Below are positions 46,762 to 58,200 of a stretch of 64,000 nucleotides of DNA, piece after piece. How positions within the stretch are numbered: position 1 is the stretch's first letter; each line of letters opens with the position of its first letter. Position numbers and translations under genes: made by a program. The DNA is taken from positions 1,397 through 65,396 of the forward strand of contig JAAWTG010000012.1 of assembly GCA_022801925.1 (NCBI GenBank), written 5' to 3'. This stretch comes from Clostridia bacterium. Its GTDB lineage: Bacteria > Bacillota > Clostridia > RUG12999. The notes under the pieces were generated by a model, which was not told the DNA's origin, did no database searches, and saw only the letters and a list, made by a program, of their open reading frames with translations.

Positions 46762-46841
46762 CTAATTGAATTTGTTACTTCTATCTTTACCAATTGATTT
46801 GCTTTTATACAAAAATCTAGTAATTTCTATGTGGTGCAATC

Positions 46842-46875
46842 AAAAAAGGACTGGTCACGGTAACCAGCCCTTTTT
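46842..46875 (-). terminator. Rho-independent terminator downstream of rho.
   Basis: On the - strand the sequence reads caaaaagggctggttaccgtgaccagtccttttttga. It starts 4 nt after the rho stop. Confidence 0.55.
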
Positions 46876-46878
46876 GAT

Positions 46879-48285
46879 TTAATAGGGGTTATGATGTGTC
46901 GGTTTAAAATTAAATTTATCGTTTTTCAGTTCTCTGTTCATTTTTTCCACAAACTCTACATTTGTTTTTGTTGTAACCAAATTACTGATGATATATTCGG
47001 TTACATCCGCGGTATTCGCATTGCCGAAGGCGCGGCGAATGTGATATACCGCATTCAATTCCTCATATTCAAGAAGTAGTTCTTCCTTGCGTGTCCCTGA
47101 TTTATAGATATCAATTGCCGGAAAAATACGGCGTTCTGACAATTTACGATCTAAATGAAGTTCCATATTCCCAGTGCCTTTAAATTCTTCAAAAATAACG
47201 TCATCCATCCGACTACCTGTTTCCACCAGCGCGGTTGCTAGAATGGTTAAACTGCCGCCATGTTCAATTTTTCTTGCCGCTCCAAAAAATTTCTTGGGCA
47301 AATGCAGTGCGCCCACTTCCAGACCACCGGAAAGCGTTCTGCCGCTAGGCGGCACCGTCATATTATAGGCACGCGCCAATCTAGTAATGCTGTCCAGCAA
47401 AATCACAACGTCCTGTCCGTGTTCCACAAGCCGTTTTGCGCGTTCCAAAACCAGTTCTGCCACTTTTGTGTGGTTTTCCGGCGGCATATCAAATGTGGAA
47501 TATACCACATCTGCGCCTTCAATGGAACGAATCATGTCTGTCACTTCTTCAGGCCGTTCATCAATCAGAAGGACAATCATTTTCACATCATTTTGATTTG
47601 CTAAAATGCTTTTCGCAATGTTTTTCAAAAGCGTCGTTTTTCCTGCCTTGGGCGGCGCGACAATCAGCCCGCGCTGTCCCCTGCCAATCGGCGAAATCAA
47701 ATCAATAATCCGCATGGCATAGTTGCGGGGATCGTTTTCTAAACGTAGTTGCTGATCCGGATAGGTTGGTGCAAGCGATTCAAAAGAACGGCGTGTTCGC
47801 GCAAGGTCGGGACGCTGCCCGTTGACGCTTTTAATAAAAATCAACGCTTCAAATTTTTCGTTTTCTCGTTTAACAGCAAAGCCAACAATATTATCTCCCG
47901 TTTTCAATTGATACCGGCGAATCATCTGCGGCGGCGTATATACGTCCTCATGTCCTGACGCCAAATATGTTTTACTGCTGCGGATAAATCCATATCCGTC
48001 CGGCAATACTTCCAAAATACCATCAACATTAGCATCGCTTTTTTGCAAATCAAAAAGAGGTTTTTTTGTGTCAGCTTCCTCTCTCATCCGCTCTTGTCTC
48101 AACGGCTCTTGGTGCATAGGGGGCGCAGATTGCTGTTCCTGTGAAGTGTGCACCGGCTCCGTTTTGGCATCTTGTTCCTGCAGCAAAACCGCCAACTCCT
48201 GTTTTTTATATTTTTGTAAATTTTTTAGTCCGCGTTCTTTCGCAATCTCCACAAGATTCACCCGTGTCATTTTTTGATAATCCAT
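46879..48285 (-). CDS. rho: Transcription termination factor Rho, with a Q/E-rich N-terminal insertion.
   Basis: It has a Walker A ([10 protein letters not shown]) and the RecA-like core. The start is MDYQKM at 48285, with AGAGGTGAG upstream. Confidence 0.9.
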   Translation of the reverse strand: MDYQKMTRVNLVEIAKERGLKNLQKYKKQELAVLLQEQDAKTEPVHTSQEQQSAPPMHQEPLRQERMREEADTKKPLFDLQKSDANVDGILEVLPDGYGFIRSSKTYLASGHEDVYTPPQMIRRYQLKTGDNIVGFAVKRENEKFEALIFIKSVNGQRPDLARTRRSFESLAPTYPDQQLRLENDPRNYAMRIIDLISPIGRGQRGLIVAPPKAGKTTLLKNIAKSILANQNDVKMIVLLIDERPEEVTDMIRSIEGADVVYSTFDMPPENHTKVAELVLERAKRLVEHGQDVVILLDSITRLARAYNMTVPPSGRTLSGGLEVGALHLPKKFFGAARKIEHGGSLTILATALVETGSRMDDVIFEEFKGTGNMELHLDRKLSERRIFPAIDIYKSGTRKEELLLEYEELNAVYHIRRAFGNANTADVTEYIISNLVTTKTNVEFVEKMNRELKNDKFNFKPTHHNPY

Positions 48286-48290
48286 TTTTC

Positions 48291-48800
48291 TCACCTCTGT
48301 TTATTTCTTTTTCTCAGATAAAAATGAATGCCTAGCGATAAAAGAATATCCATTAGCACAAATACAATGACCAAAGCCGGCCACAACAACCAAATGGGAA
48401 TTTGTAATGTTAAAATATTAATGTGAAACAAACTATAAAACAATATGCCGCCTATTCCGAGCGCAAGATGAAATCCTATCAATTTTGCAAGCCATTCAAT
48501 CCACCTGCTTTTTCGTGTTTCCGCAAATAGTTTCAACAAAGGATACCAACCGAAAAATAAAGCATACAGCGCCACTGTCTGTTTGTCAGGCACCAGCAAG
48601 GTTGCCAGCAGCACAGTTGCAACAAAGCCGGTCGCGGCATATTTAACATTTACTTCCAACAGGATAATTGCAGTCAGCAATGCACATAAAAATAAAAATG
48701 CTCCGGTATTCACACGAATATAAGTTGCTAAAACCATCATCACCACATTAAGTCCACAGGCAAGTCCCGCTATGGCAATATTACGGCTCTTTTCATTCAT
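48291..48800 (-). CDS. Hypothetical integral membrane protein of 169 aa with 4-5 TM segments.
   Basis: It is hydrophobic throughout. It overlaps the thpR stop by 8 nt and ends 6 nt before the rho start, so it is wedged into the dxs...rho operon. Confidence 0.5.
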   Translation of the reverse strand: MNEKSRNIAIAGLACGLNVVMMVLATYIRVNTGAFLFLCALLTAIILLEVNVKYAATGFVATVLLATLLVPDKQTVALYALFFGWYPLLKLFAETRKSRWIEWLAKLIGFHLALGIGGILFYSLFHINILTLQIPIWLLWPALVIVFVLMDILLSLGIHFYLRKRNKQR

Positions 48801-49356
48801 TATTGATTGCCTCCTTTGCGGAAAATCCCTGATAGAATAACGGTAAATAACATAATTTCCCGTCTATCCGCGTACTTTCCATCAATGACAGCCCCTCCGC
48901 ACGAATCGAAATCGAATTCTCTTGCAACTGTTCAAAAACCTGCACATAGGGCTCTTTCCAGACAACCTCCCGCGCAAGCGTGATGTGCGGCGTATACGTT
49001 TCTTTTTGAGAAATGAGCCGTTCGTGCCATAAGGCATCTTGCAATGTACGATACACGGATAGTAGTGCAGGAGTTGTTTCCACTGCTGCATAACAGATAT
49101 CGCGTTTTTTATGAAAACAGCCAAGTCCGCAGCTTTCAAATGAAAACGCCGTATGGGACATTACGGTACGCTCTATACAGCGCATCACCGCATCTATTTC
49201 CTGTGGCGTTCGTTCTCCTAAAAACCGCAGGGTAATATGAAAATTTTCAGGTCTTGAAAAATTCCCCTTTAATATATATGGTTTTAGCTGTGTTTGGAGC
49301 ATGGAAAAATGCTCCCGTACAGCTTGTTCTAATTCAATCGCAATAAACACTCTCAT
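48793..49356 (-). CDS. thpR: RNA 2',3'-cyclic phosphodiesterase (2H phosphoesterase, ThpR/LigT).
   Basis: It has the two H-x-T-x motifs FHITLRF and PHITLAR. Confidence 0.8.
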   Translation of the reverse strand: MRVFIAIELEQAVREHFSMLQTQLKPYILKGNFSRPENFHITLRFLGERTPQEIDAVMRCIERTVMSHTAFSFESCGLGCFHKKRDICYAAVETTPALLSVYRTLQDALWHERLISQKETYTPHITLAREVVWKEPYVQVFEQLQENSISIRAEGLSLMESTRIDGKLCYLPLFYQGFSAKEAINNE

Positions 49357-50153
49357 GACTCTAGTTCCTCGTGCGACAAGCGGACTGTCTGCGCTATGAT
49401 ATCATGCGGAACTGCCTCTGCGTCCTGTTGTTTGATGTAGATAAGATATTCAATGTTCCCCTCCGGCCCGCGGATAGGCGAATAAGTCAGTCCTGCCGGA
49501 ATCCACCCCAACTCCAGAACAAAATCATAAATGGTCTGAATTACTTCTTCGTGTACATTCGGGTCGCGGACAACACCTTTTTTACCAACTTTTTCGCGCC
49601 CTGCTTCAAATTGCGGCTTAATCAGTGCGGCAACTGCGCCCTCCTGTTTTAAAAAAGGTTTTACTGCCGGCAGTACCAGCCGCAAAGAAATAAAAGATAC
49701 ATCTATCGACATAAAATCTACCGGCTGCGGAATTTGTTCTTCCGTGATATACCGAATGTTGGTGCGTTCCAGATTCACAACGCGTTCATCTGTCCGCAGT
49801 TTCCAAGCTAATTGTCCATATCCGACGTCCACTGCATATACTTTCGCGGCGCCGTTTTGCAGCATACAGTCCGTAAATCCGCCTGTAGACGCGCCAATGT
49901 CCATACATTTTTTTCCCTGCAAGGTAATCGGAAACGCCTGCATTGCTTTTTCCAGCTTGAATCCGCCGCGGCTGACGTACGGCATTTGCCGCCGCACTGT
50001 GATGTCGCTTTCCACATCAACAAGCTGACCCGCTTTATCATATTTTACTTCTTTGATGTAGACATCGCCTGCCATAATCAATGCTTTTGCTTTTTCACGG
50101 CTAGGCGCAAGTCCTTTTTCCACCATCAGTATATCTAATCGTTGTTTTTCCAT
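49353..50153 (-). CDS. tlyA: TlyA-family rRNA 2'-O-methyltransferase (hemolysin A-like).
   Basis: An S4 RNA-binding N-domain (RLDILMVEKGL) is followed by an FtsJ-like methyltransferase domain (DIGASTGGFTD). Confidence 0.85.
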   Translation of the reverse strand: MEKQRLDILMVEKGLAPSREKAKALIMAGDVYIKEVKYDKAGQLVDVESDITVRRQMPYVSRGGFKLEKAMQAFPITLQGKKCMDIGASTGGFTDCMLQNGAAKVYAVDVGYGQLAWKLRTDERVVNLERTNIRYITEEQIPQPVDFMSIDVSFISLRLVLPAVKPFLKQEGAVAALIKPQFEAGREKVGKKGVVRDPNVHEEVIQTIYDFVLELGWIPAGLTYSPIRGPEGNIEYLIYIKQQDAEAVPHDIIAQTVRLSHEELES

Positions 50154-52000
50154 TGTCTTACAATATCTCCAATCTTTTCGGCAACCGAAGCGCCGTCCAT
50201 TTCGTTTTCACGAATCAATTCAGCACGTTTCCCCTGCTGGATAGGCTGGTCGGGATAAGCGATTTGTAAAACCTGCCGGCTAATTTGCCGCTGCTCCATA
50301 CATGCGCAGATTTGTTCTCCAACGCCGCCCATTGCTGCGCCGTCCTCCATGGTAACCACCAATTTGCTTTGCATGGCTTCCTTTAAAATCACAGCTTCCG
50401 GTAATGGTTTTGCCAGTCGTAAATCCACAACAGTAATATGTATTCCCTGTTTCTCCAGCAATTCAGCGGCTTTCACTGCCTCCGGCACCATAGCGCCCAA
50501 TGCCAGTATGACAATATTCTTGCCTTGTTTTAACACTTCCGGCTCCATGCCCTCCGTCCGGTGCGGCAGCGGCATTGTTTCCCCGCCGCGCGGATAACGA
50601 ATCGCAATCGGCCCCTTATGCTGCATGAGTGCATATTCCAGCATATGCTCCAGTTCACTGAAACAGGACGGAGCGGCAATTGTCATGTTGGGGATATGCG
50701 ATAAATAGGCAATATCATAAATGCCCTGATGTGTTTCACCGTCCTCGCCTACCACGCCCGCACGATCCAGACAAAACACCACATGCAGATTTTGCAGTGC
50801 CACATCATGCAGCACTTGGTCATATGCACGCTGCAAAAAAGTGGAATACACTGCCACAACCGGTTTTAACCCGCCCATACTGAGACCGGCCGCCAGCGTT
50901 ACGGCATGTTGTTCCGCAATACCAACGTCAATCAGTCGCTGCGGAAATTGCCGCTGAAACGGCAGCAGCCCTGTTCCCGCCGGCATTGCAGCAGTAACCG
51001 CCGTAATAGATTTATCCTGTTTTGCCAATCGAATCATGGTATCGCCAAACACGGCTGAATAATTTTTTCCGGAAGCGGAACAAAATTCTCCGCTTTCAGG
51101 GTCAAATTTCGGCACACCGTGAAATTTTCCGGGATTTTCCTGCGCCGGAAGATAGCCTTTTCCCTTCACTGTTTTCACATGCAGCACAATTTGGTCGTCT
51201 ACTTCTTTTAACTTTGTGAAAATCTGAATCAGCAGTTTTAAATTGTGCCCGTCTACCGGCCCGATATAGTTAAATCCAAACATCTCAAAAGGTGCAGCAT
51301 GAAGCAGCGTATATTTTAACGTATTTTTCACGTTGCGTATCACGCGGTGCAGCGTTTTTCCTTTTTGGCTGCCCACCAAACGGTTAGAAATTTTCGTTTT
51401 CAGCCGCGTATAGGTGGAAGCCGTCCGCAAACGGTTCAAATGCGCCGCCACACCGCCGACATTTTCGGAAATAGACATTTCATTATCGTTTAAAATCACC
51501 AGCATAGGGATGTTTTCGTGTCCACAGTGATTCAACGCTTCAAATGCCATGCCGCCCGTCATGGAACCATCGCCGATTACTGCCGCAATATGGCTTTTCT
51601 TTCCGCCTTGCAGCTGCTGCGCTTTTGCATATCCCACCGCCGCCGAAATGGAGGTGCTGCTATGCCCTGTATTGAAGGCGTCATAGACGCTTTCAGACGT
51701 TTTAGGAAATCCTGAGATACCGCCGCTTTGCCGCAGGGTTGCAAACTGCTGCTGCCGCCCTGTTAAAATTTTGTGGACATACGCCTGATGACCTACATCC
51801 CAAATGACTTTATCTTCCGGCATATCATAGACATAGTGCAGCGCCAGCGTCAATTCCACAATTCCCAAATTGGAAGCGAGATGTCCTCCTGTCTGCGCAA
51901 CGTTTTGAATCAGAAATTCCCGAATTTCCGCCGCCAACTGCGTCAACTGGTCCATATTCAATTGTTTAATATCTTTGGGGGAATGAATTGTTTCCAGCAT
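50135..52000 (-). CDS. dxs: 1-deoxy-D-xylulose-5-phosphate synthase.
   Basis: It has a TPP-binding motif (GDGSMTGGMAFEALN) and a transketolase-like fold, at 621 aa. Confidence 0.9.
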   Translation of the reverse strand: MLETIHSPKDIKQLNMDQLTQLAAEIREFLIQNVAQTGGHLASNLGIVELTLALHYVYDMPEDKVIWDVGHQAYVHKILTGRQQQFATLRQSGGISGFPKTSESVYDAFNTGHSSTSISAAVGYAKAQQLQGGKKSHIAAVIGDGSMTGGMAFEALNHCGHENIPMLVILNDNEMSISENVGGVAAHLNRLRTASTYTRLKTKISNRLVGSQKGKTLHRVIRNVKNTLKYTLLHAAPFEMFGFNYIGPVDGHNLKLLIQIFTKLKEVDDQIVLHVKTVKGKGYLPAQENPGKFHGVPKFDPESGEFCSASGKNYSAVFGDTMIRLAKQDKSITAVTAAMPAGTGLLPFQRQFPQRLIDVGIAEQHAVTLAAGLSMGGLKPVVAVYSTFLQRAYDQVLHDVALQNLHVVFCLDRAGVVGEDGETHQGIYDIAYLSHIPNMTIAAPSCFSELEHMLEYALMQHKGPIAIRYPRGGETMPLPHRTEGMEPEVLKQGKNIVILALGAMVPEAVKAAELLEKQGIHITVVDLRLAKPLPEAVILKEAMQSKLVVTMEDGAAMGGVGEQICACMEQRQISRQVLQIAYPDQPIQQGKRAELIRENEMDGASVAEKIGDIVRQWKNND

Positions 52001-52059
52001 ATATCCGCCTCTTTATCATGGAATAATAAGAGCAACCACGTTTGCTCTTCATCAAATAT

Positions 52060-53226
52060 TTAGTTTAATTCTATAATTTCTGTTTCATCAACCGCTTTTT
52101 GAATTAGTGCATCCATCTCTAACTTGGATTCGGAAAGCCGTATTTTTTCCAGCTTTGGTTTGGTTTCCGGATGTTTCGGCACAAAAATAGTGCAGCAGTC
52201 TTCATATGGCAGAATTGACGTTTCGTAGGTATCAATTCTTCTGGCATATTGAATAATTTCCTCTTTGTCCAGTCCAATCAGTGGACGGAGTACAGGAATC
52301 TCCGCCACTTCGTTTGTCACGACAAGGCTGTGCAGCGTTTGACTTGCCACTTGCCCCAAACTTTCTCCTGTAATGAGCGCCAAACTTCCCGTTGCGGTGC
52401 AAATTTTCTGTGCAATACGGCTCATCGCGCGGCGAATCAAAATTGTAATTTGGTCGCCCGGACATTTCTCCACCATTGCAAGCTGTAATTCCGTAAACGG
52501 CACAATATGAAGCTTTATCGCCCCTGTATATTGCGTTAAAATTTTTGCTAGGTCAATGACTTTTTCTTTGGCGCGCTCCGAGGTATAGGGATAACTGAAA
52601 AAGTGAATTGCTTCCAGTTCCATACCGCGTTTTGCCATCATCCAGCCTGCCACCGGAGAATCAATGCCGCCGGATAAAAGCAGCATACCCTTCCCGCTTG
52701 TTCCTGTCGGAATGCCGCCGGAACCGCGGTATTCACGGCTGTAGACATAAGCGGCGTCATGGCGCACATCTACATGAATCACTATGTCAGGGCGGTGCAA
52801 ATCAACCTTCAAGTGCGGATATGCAGCCAACAAATGTCCGCCCGCCTCCATGCATATTTCCGGTGATTTGAGTTCAAATTTTTTATCTGCCCGCTTAGCA
52901 TCGACTTTAAACGTTTTTGCGTCCCGCAATTCCGTACACCGCGTGACTGCGGTTTGTACAATACTGTCTATATTTTTTTCGGCGCGCCATGCAGGAGACA
53001 GTTTAATGATTCCAAATACCTTTTGAATCGGTTCAATTACCGTTTCAAGGTCTGCAGTTTCATCTGCTCCTTCTACAAACATAGTCGCCTGTTCTTTCCA
53101 AACATGAAAATTCCCAAACTTGCTAACAGCGCTCTTGATATTTTTAACCAGACGATCTTCAAATTTTGCACGGTTATTTCCCTTCAAAATCAATTCGCCG
53201 CATTTTATCAGAATAATATCTGCCAT
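52060..53226 (-). CDS. thiI: tRNA 4-thiouridine synthase.
   Basis: It has a THUMP domain and a PP-loop (SGGIDSPVA) at 388 aa, with no rhodanese domain. It sits next to a cysteine desulfurase. Confidence 0.9.
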   Translation of the reverse strand: MADIILIKCGELILKGNNRAKFEDRLVKNIKSAVSKFGNFHVWKEQATMFVEGADETADLETVIEPIQKVFGIIKLSPAWRAEKNIDSIVQTAVTRCTELRDAKTFKVDAKRADKKFELKSPEICMEAGGHLLAAYPHLKVDLHRPDIVIHVDVRHDAAYVYSREYRGSGGIPTGTSGKGMLLLSGGIDSPVAGWMMAKRGMELEAIHFFSYPYTSERAKEKVIDLAKILTQYTGAIKLHIVPFTELQLAMVEKCPGDQITILIRRAMSRIAQKICTATGSLALITGESLGQVASQTLHSLVVTNEVAEIPVLRPLIGLDKEEIIQYARRIDTYETSILPYEDCCTIFVPKHPETKPKLEKIRLSESKLEMDALIQKAVDETEIIELN

Positions 53227-53299
53227 ATCTGTTGTTCAAGCCTTCCTGCCCACAAATTTTCTAAAATAGTCTGCTTACCCGTAGGCTGGTAAGCAAATG

Positions 53300-54448
53300 T
53301 TATCTTGCTTTTGCCGCAAATTTTCGCAGCAACGGCACCTCGCGCCGCAAAACCTCCAGACACGTTTGAATCTCCTCCTGTGTGTTAAAACGTGAAAAAC
53401 TGAACCGAATAGCGCCTTCAATTTCCGCACGGCTGCATCCCATAGCAAGCAGCGTCGGCGAGGGCGCCGGATGGTTGGATGAACATGCCGAACCAGAGGA
53501 AACCATGATGCCATGTGATTCCAGCGTATGCAGCAATACTTCGGCACGCAGACCCGGAAAAGATATATTCAGCACATAAGGCGAAGTATCTGTTCCATGC
53601 ACTACCGCGTTATCAATCGTTTGTACAATTCCGTTCTGCAATGTTTGCTTTAATTCTGATATATAACCGCTGTCTGCATTTGCAGCCAATTCTGCCGCTA
53701 TCCCCAATGCGCAAATACCGGGCGTATTTTCTGTGCCGGAACGCATATTTTTTTCCTGCCCGCCGCCATATATGAGCGGCGTAATACCATTTGCGTCTTT
53801 GACATATAATGCGCCGATTCCTTTGGGTGCATGAATTTTATGCCCGCTTAGTGTTGCCATGTCAATATCAGGGCTTAGTTTCACTGAAAGTTTTCCGAAA
53901 CTTTGCACCATGTCTGTATGAAAAAGAGCGCGGGAATGTTGTTTCACCAAATGCGCAATTGTATTGATATCTTGCATAACGCCGGTTTCGTTATTGACAT
54001 GCATAATACTGACCAGAGAAACCTTATCATTTAGCATTGTACGCAATTGCTCTAAATCTATTTTCCCTTCTCCGTCTACATCTAATTGCAGTACACGGAA
54101 TCCATCCTGTTCCGCAGCTTTAACCGTCCGCATCACACTGGGATGCTCTATTTTAGAGGTAATCACTACGTTTCCGCGTGCGCGGTTTCGTGATAATGCG
54201 CCTCTGATTGCCATGTTATTTCCTTCACTTCCGCCCGAAGTAAAATAAATCTGTTCCGGCCGCACCTGCCATATATTCGCAATCTTTTGCCGTGCAGCTT
54301 TTACCTGTTTTTCCGCGTCCAATCCGGCGCGGTGCAGCGAAGAAGGGTTTCCATAACAAGTTTGCATGAGTTCCGCCGCTTTTTCCGCTGCCTCACGGCA
54401 TACCATGGTGGTTGCAGCGTTATCTAAATAGATATACATGTTTTTCAT
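53300..54448 (-). CDS. Cysteine desulfurase (NifS/IscS family).
   Basis: It is class V PLP-dependent. It has the conserved Lys region (SGHKIHAPKGIGALYV) and the active-site Cys loop (SSGSACSS). Confidence 0.9.
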   Translation of the reverse strand: MKNMYIYLDNAATTMVCREAAEKAAELMQTCYGNPSSLHRAGLDAEKQVKAARQKIANIWQVRPEQIYFTSGGSEGNNMAIRGALSRNRARGNVVITSKIEHPSVMRTVKAAEQDGFRVLQLDVDGEGKIDLEQLRTMLNDKVSLVSIMHVNNETGVMQDINTIAHLVKQHSRALFHTDMVQSFGKLSVKLSPDIDMATLSGHKIHAPKGIGALYVKDANGITPLIYGGGQEKNMRSGTENTPGICALGIAAELAANADSGYISELKQTLQNGIVQTIDNAVVHGTDTSPYVLNISFPGLRAEVLLHTLESHGIMVSSGSACSSNHPAPSPTLLAMGCSRAEIEGAIRFSFSRFNTQEEIQTCLEVLRREVPLLRKFAAKAR

Positions 54449-55260
54449 TCCTCAATAAAATAAGATTCATCCGTAAATTGTTCAAACAGCCAACCGCTGC
54501 AAAGGTCTTTCCAGCTTTCCGTCCCAAAGATACCGTCCGCCAGCCCAATCCCGTGACCGCCTTTAGGGAAAATATGCAGCGCATACGGCACTTTATGAGC
54601 GGATAACGCCTGCGCAAAACACAAGGAGTTTTGTACAGGAACATCTTTATCATCTGCGCAATGCCAAATAAAACAAGGCGGCGTATCAGCGGTTACATGC
54701 TGTGTTAAATCTTGTTTTTGCAGCATATCCTCCGCAGGATTTCTGCCCAGCAACGAACGCTGCGTCACGCGGTGGTGATATTCGCCGTCCATAAATATAA
54801 CAGGATAACATAGAATGCAGGCGTTCGGACGGGCAGAGTAGTTGTCCACTTCATCATGAAACGGCGCTTCCTCTTCCATCAACGCACATGACCCTGCCAG
54901 ATGACCACCCGCAGAGAATCCCAGTATCGCAATTTTATTTGCCGCAATGCCATATTCTTCCGCATGACAGCGTAAGAACCGCACCGCCCGCTGCGCATCT
55001 AAAAGCCCTGCCGGATACCGGTATGGACTAACGCGGTAATTAAGTACCGCTGCATGAAATCCGCATTCATTAAAAAATTCCGCAACTACGCCTGCCTCGT
55101 GCGGCGCACGGTTCATATATGCCCCGCCGGCACATACCAAAACACAAGCGGTATCTTTTGTATCTTCCAAAAAATACGGTGTAATAGTCGGTACCGGCTG
55201 GTCAATGGTTTCGTCATGAAGCGGTGGTGTCTGTTCTCCGTATATTTTTATTTTTTCCAT
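54445..55260 (-). CDS. Alpha/beta-hydrolase (esterase/lipase-like).
   Basis: It has the GFSAGGHLAG nucleophile elbow (GxSxG) and a HGGG-like oxyanion region (VCAGGAY). It overlaps the nifS start by 4 nt. Confidence 0.7.
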   Translation of the reverse strand: MEKIKIYGEQTPPLHDETIDQPVPTITPYFLEDTKDTACVLVCAGGAYMNRAPHEAGVVAEFFNECGFHAAVLNYRVSPYRYPAGLLDAQRAVRFLRCHAEEYGIAANKIAILGFSAGGHLAGSCALMEEEAPFHDEVDNYSARPNACILCYPVIFMDGEYHHRVTQRSLLGRNPAEDMLQKQDLTQHVTADTPPCFIWHCADDKDVPVQNSLCFAQALSAHKVPYALHIFPKGGHGIGLADGIFGTESWKDLCSGWLFEQFTDESYFIEE

Positions 55261-55263
55261 GAT

Positions 55264-58200
55264 TTATGCTTCCTTTCCCTGTTTTAACCTGACACAGGCA
55301 TCTCCCAGCAATCCGCCAAGTTCTTGCAGCAATGCTTCTGACGGTTCTATCGGCGTGTTGGAAACCAGCGTTTTTTGTTTGTCCTCAAAATACATATAAA
55401 GTCTGTCTTCGCCAGGATATCTTGCCGCAATTTCTTTGATACGGTCCAGCAGATATTCTTTTCCGATTTCCAGTTTGATATAGACTCTTGCCGCCTGCGC
55501 CTGTTTTTCTTTTAACACCTGCATTGCGTCCAGCAACGAGATATTGGCTGCAACAATTTTACTCTGCATACCACCCTGTGCGTCCTCCTGAATATCCAGT
55601 CGTCCTGTGATATAAACAGCCGTTTCTTCTTTTAGTAAATACTTTAATCCGGCAAACACACCCGAAAATACAACAACCTCCAAGCTGCCAAATTGATCCG
55701 ACAACTGCAAAAACGCCATCTGGTCGCCGCGTTTTGTTGTCTTGACATTGATATGCTCCACAATGCCGCACACGGAAATCTCCATGCCTTCGCGCACACC
55801 TGCCAGCTTTAAATCCTCCTGCTTTTCAAACTGTAAATCGCCAATTGTGAAATAGTCCAGTGTTTGGAGCAGCTGTGTATAATCTTCCAGCGGGTGACCG
55901 GATATATAAATTCCCATCATTTCTTTTTCAAACGCCAGCATTTGCCGCTTTGACAGTTCCGGTACATCGCCGCGCAAATAATCGTCAATACCGTTCGTTT
56001 CCTCATCGAGTTCACCAAAAAGCGATAATTGACCTTCCACATTCTTTTTTGCGCTGGAAGTGATGTCGTCCAGCATTGCTTCGTAGACTTCCAGCAGTTC
56101 TGCACGTTTGTTGCCAAAACAGTCCATTGCGCCGCTCTTAATTAGGCATTCTACTCCTTTTTTGTTGATGACGCGTGATTTCAAGCGGCTGCAAAAATCA
56201 TATAAATCCGTATATGTCCCATTTTCACTACGTTCGTCAATGATTGCCTGCACAAAGTTCGTGCCAACATGTTTCACGCCCTCCAGTCCAAAACGGATGT
56301 CTCCTTGGTCTACACGAAAGCCGTTATAACTGCGGTTTACGTCCGGCGGCAAAAGCCGGATTCCCATGCGTTTGCTGTCCACGATATATTGCGATATTTT
56401 GGTGCTGTCCGACAATACGCAGGAAAGCAGCGCCGCCATAAACTCAGATGGATAGAGTGTTTTTAAATAGGCTGTTTGATAGGCAATGATGGCATATGCC
56501 GCCGCATGGGATTTGTTAAAAGCGTAGTTTGCAAAGTCCATCATTTCATCAAAAATAGAGTTTGAGATATCTTCTGGCACGCCGCGGCGCACTGCGCCTT
56601 CTACTAAGATATTGCCGTTTTCGTCCTGCTGACCATGAATAAAATATTCCCGTTCTTTTTGCATGACTTCAAATTTCTTTTTACTCATAGCACGGCGCAC
56701 CACATCTGCGCGTCCAAACGAATAGCCCGCAAGTTCACGCACAATCTGCATGACTTGCTCCTGATATACCATACAGCCATAGCTGACATCTAAAATCGGT
56801 TTTAACAGCGGGTGTTTATATTTTACTTTTTCAGGATGGTTTTTGTTGTAGATATAGGTCGGAATCTGATCCATTGGACCCGGTCGGAACAGAGAAATTC
56901 CCGCAATCAAATCCTCCAAGCACTGCGGCTGAAGTTCCATAATAAACTGTTTCATGCCGCGGGATTCCAATTGGAATACGCCATCGGTATTGCCTGTGGA
57001 AAGCATGTCATAAACTTCTTTTATATTATAATCAATTGTGCTTAAATCAATGTCCAGACCTCTTGACTGTTTGATAAACTCGAGTGCATAGCGGATAATG
57101 GTCAAATTACGCAGCCCCAAAAAGTCCATCTTCAGCAGACCCATTTCCTGCACGGTATCCATATCAAACTGCGTAGTCACCACGTCACCGTTGAGCGACA
57201 GCGGCATATAGTCCGTGACCGGCTGTCCGCAAATCACCACGCCTGCCGCATGTGTACCGCTGTGGCGCGGCATTCCCTCCAGCGCTTTTGCAACATCTAC
57301 TGCGTTTTTAATTTCCGGGTCGTTTTCATACATCGCGCGCAATTCCGAACTTCCCTGCATCGCCTTGTCTATCGTCATTTTAAGTTCCTGCGGCACCAGT
57401 TTTGCTAAACGGTCTGCCGTCGAATACGGAATATCAAAAACACGCGCTGCGTCACGCAGTACCAATTTAGCGCCAAAGGTACCGAATGTAATAATTTGCG
57501 AAACATTATCCTTGCCATATTTGGAAATAACATAATCAATTACTTCCTGTCGACGTTCAATACAAAAATCAATATCAATATCCGGCATACTGACGCGCTC
57601 GGGATTGAGAAAACGTTCAAACAAAAGCCCATATTTGATGGGGTCAATATCTGTGATTTTCAGCGCATAGGAAACAATACTCCCCGCCGCCGAACCACGA
57701 CCTGGACCCACCATGATACCATGGTCTTTTGCATATTTGATAAAATCCCATACAATCAGAAAATAATCGGTATATCCCATACCGTGAATGGTATTTAATT
57801 CATAATCCAGCCGTTCTGTTAGTTCCGTATCAACATTTTCCCCATAACGGTCCTTTAATCCGGCATAACATAGTTCCTGCAAATAGGCAAATGCATCTTT
57901 GCCTTCCGGCACGTCAAATTTAGGCAGATGAAATTTTCCAAATTCAATTTCTACATTACACCGCTCGGCAATTTTTACCGTATTTTCCAGCAATTCCGGA
58001 AACTGCGGAAACAACGCTGCCATTTCATCAGCATTTTTCAAATAAAATTCTTCTGTGGCAAACTGCATACGGTCTGTATCGGCAAATTTCTTTCCTGTTT
58101 GGATACAAAGAAGCGCATCTTGTACGCGCGCATCCTGCTTTTCTATGTAGTGAATATCATTTGTCACAACCATGGGGATATTCATATCCCGTGCCAATTT

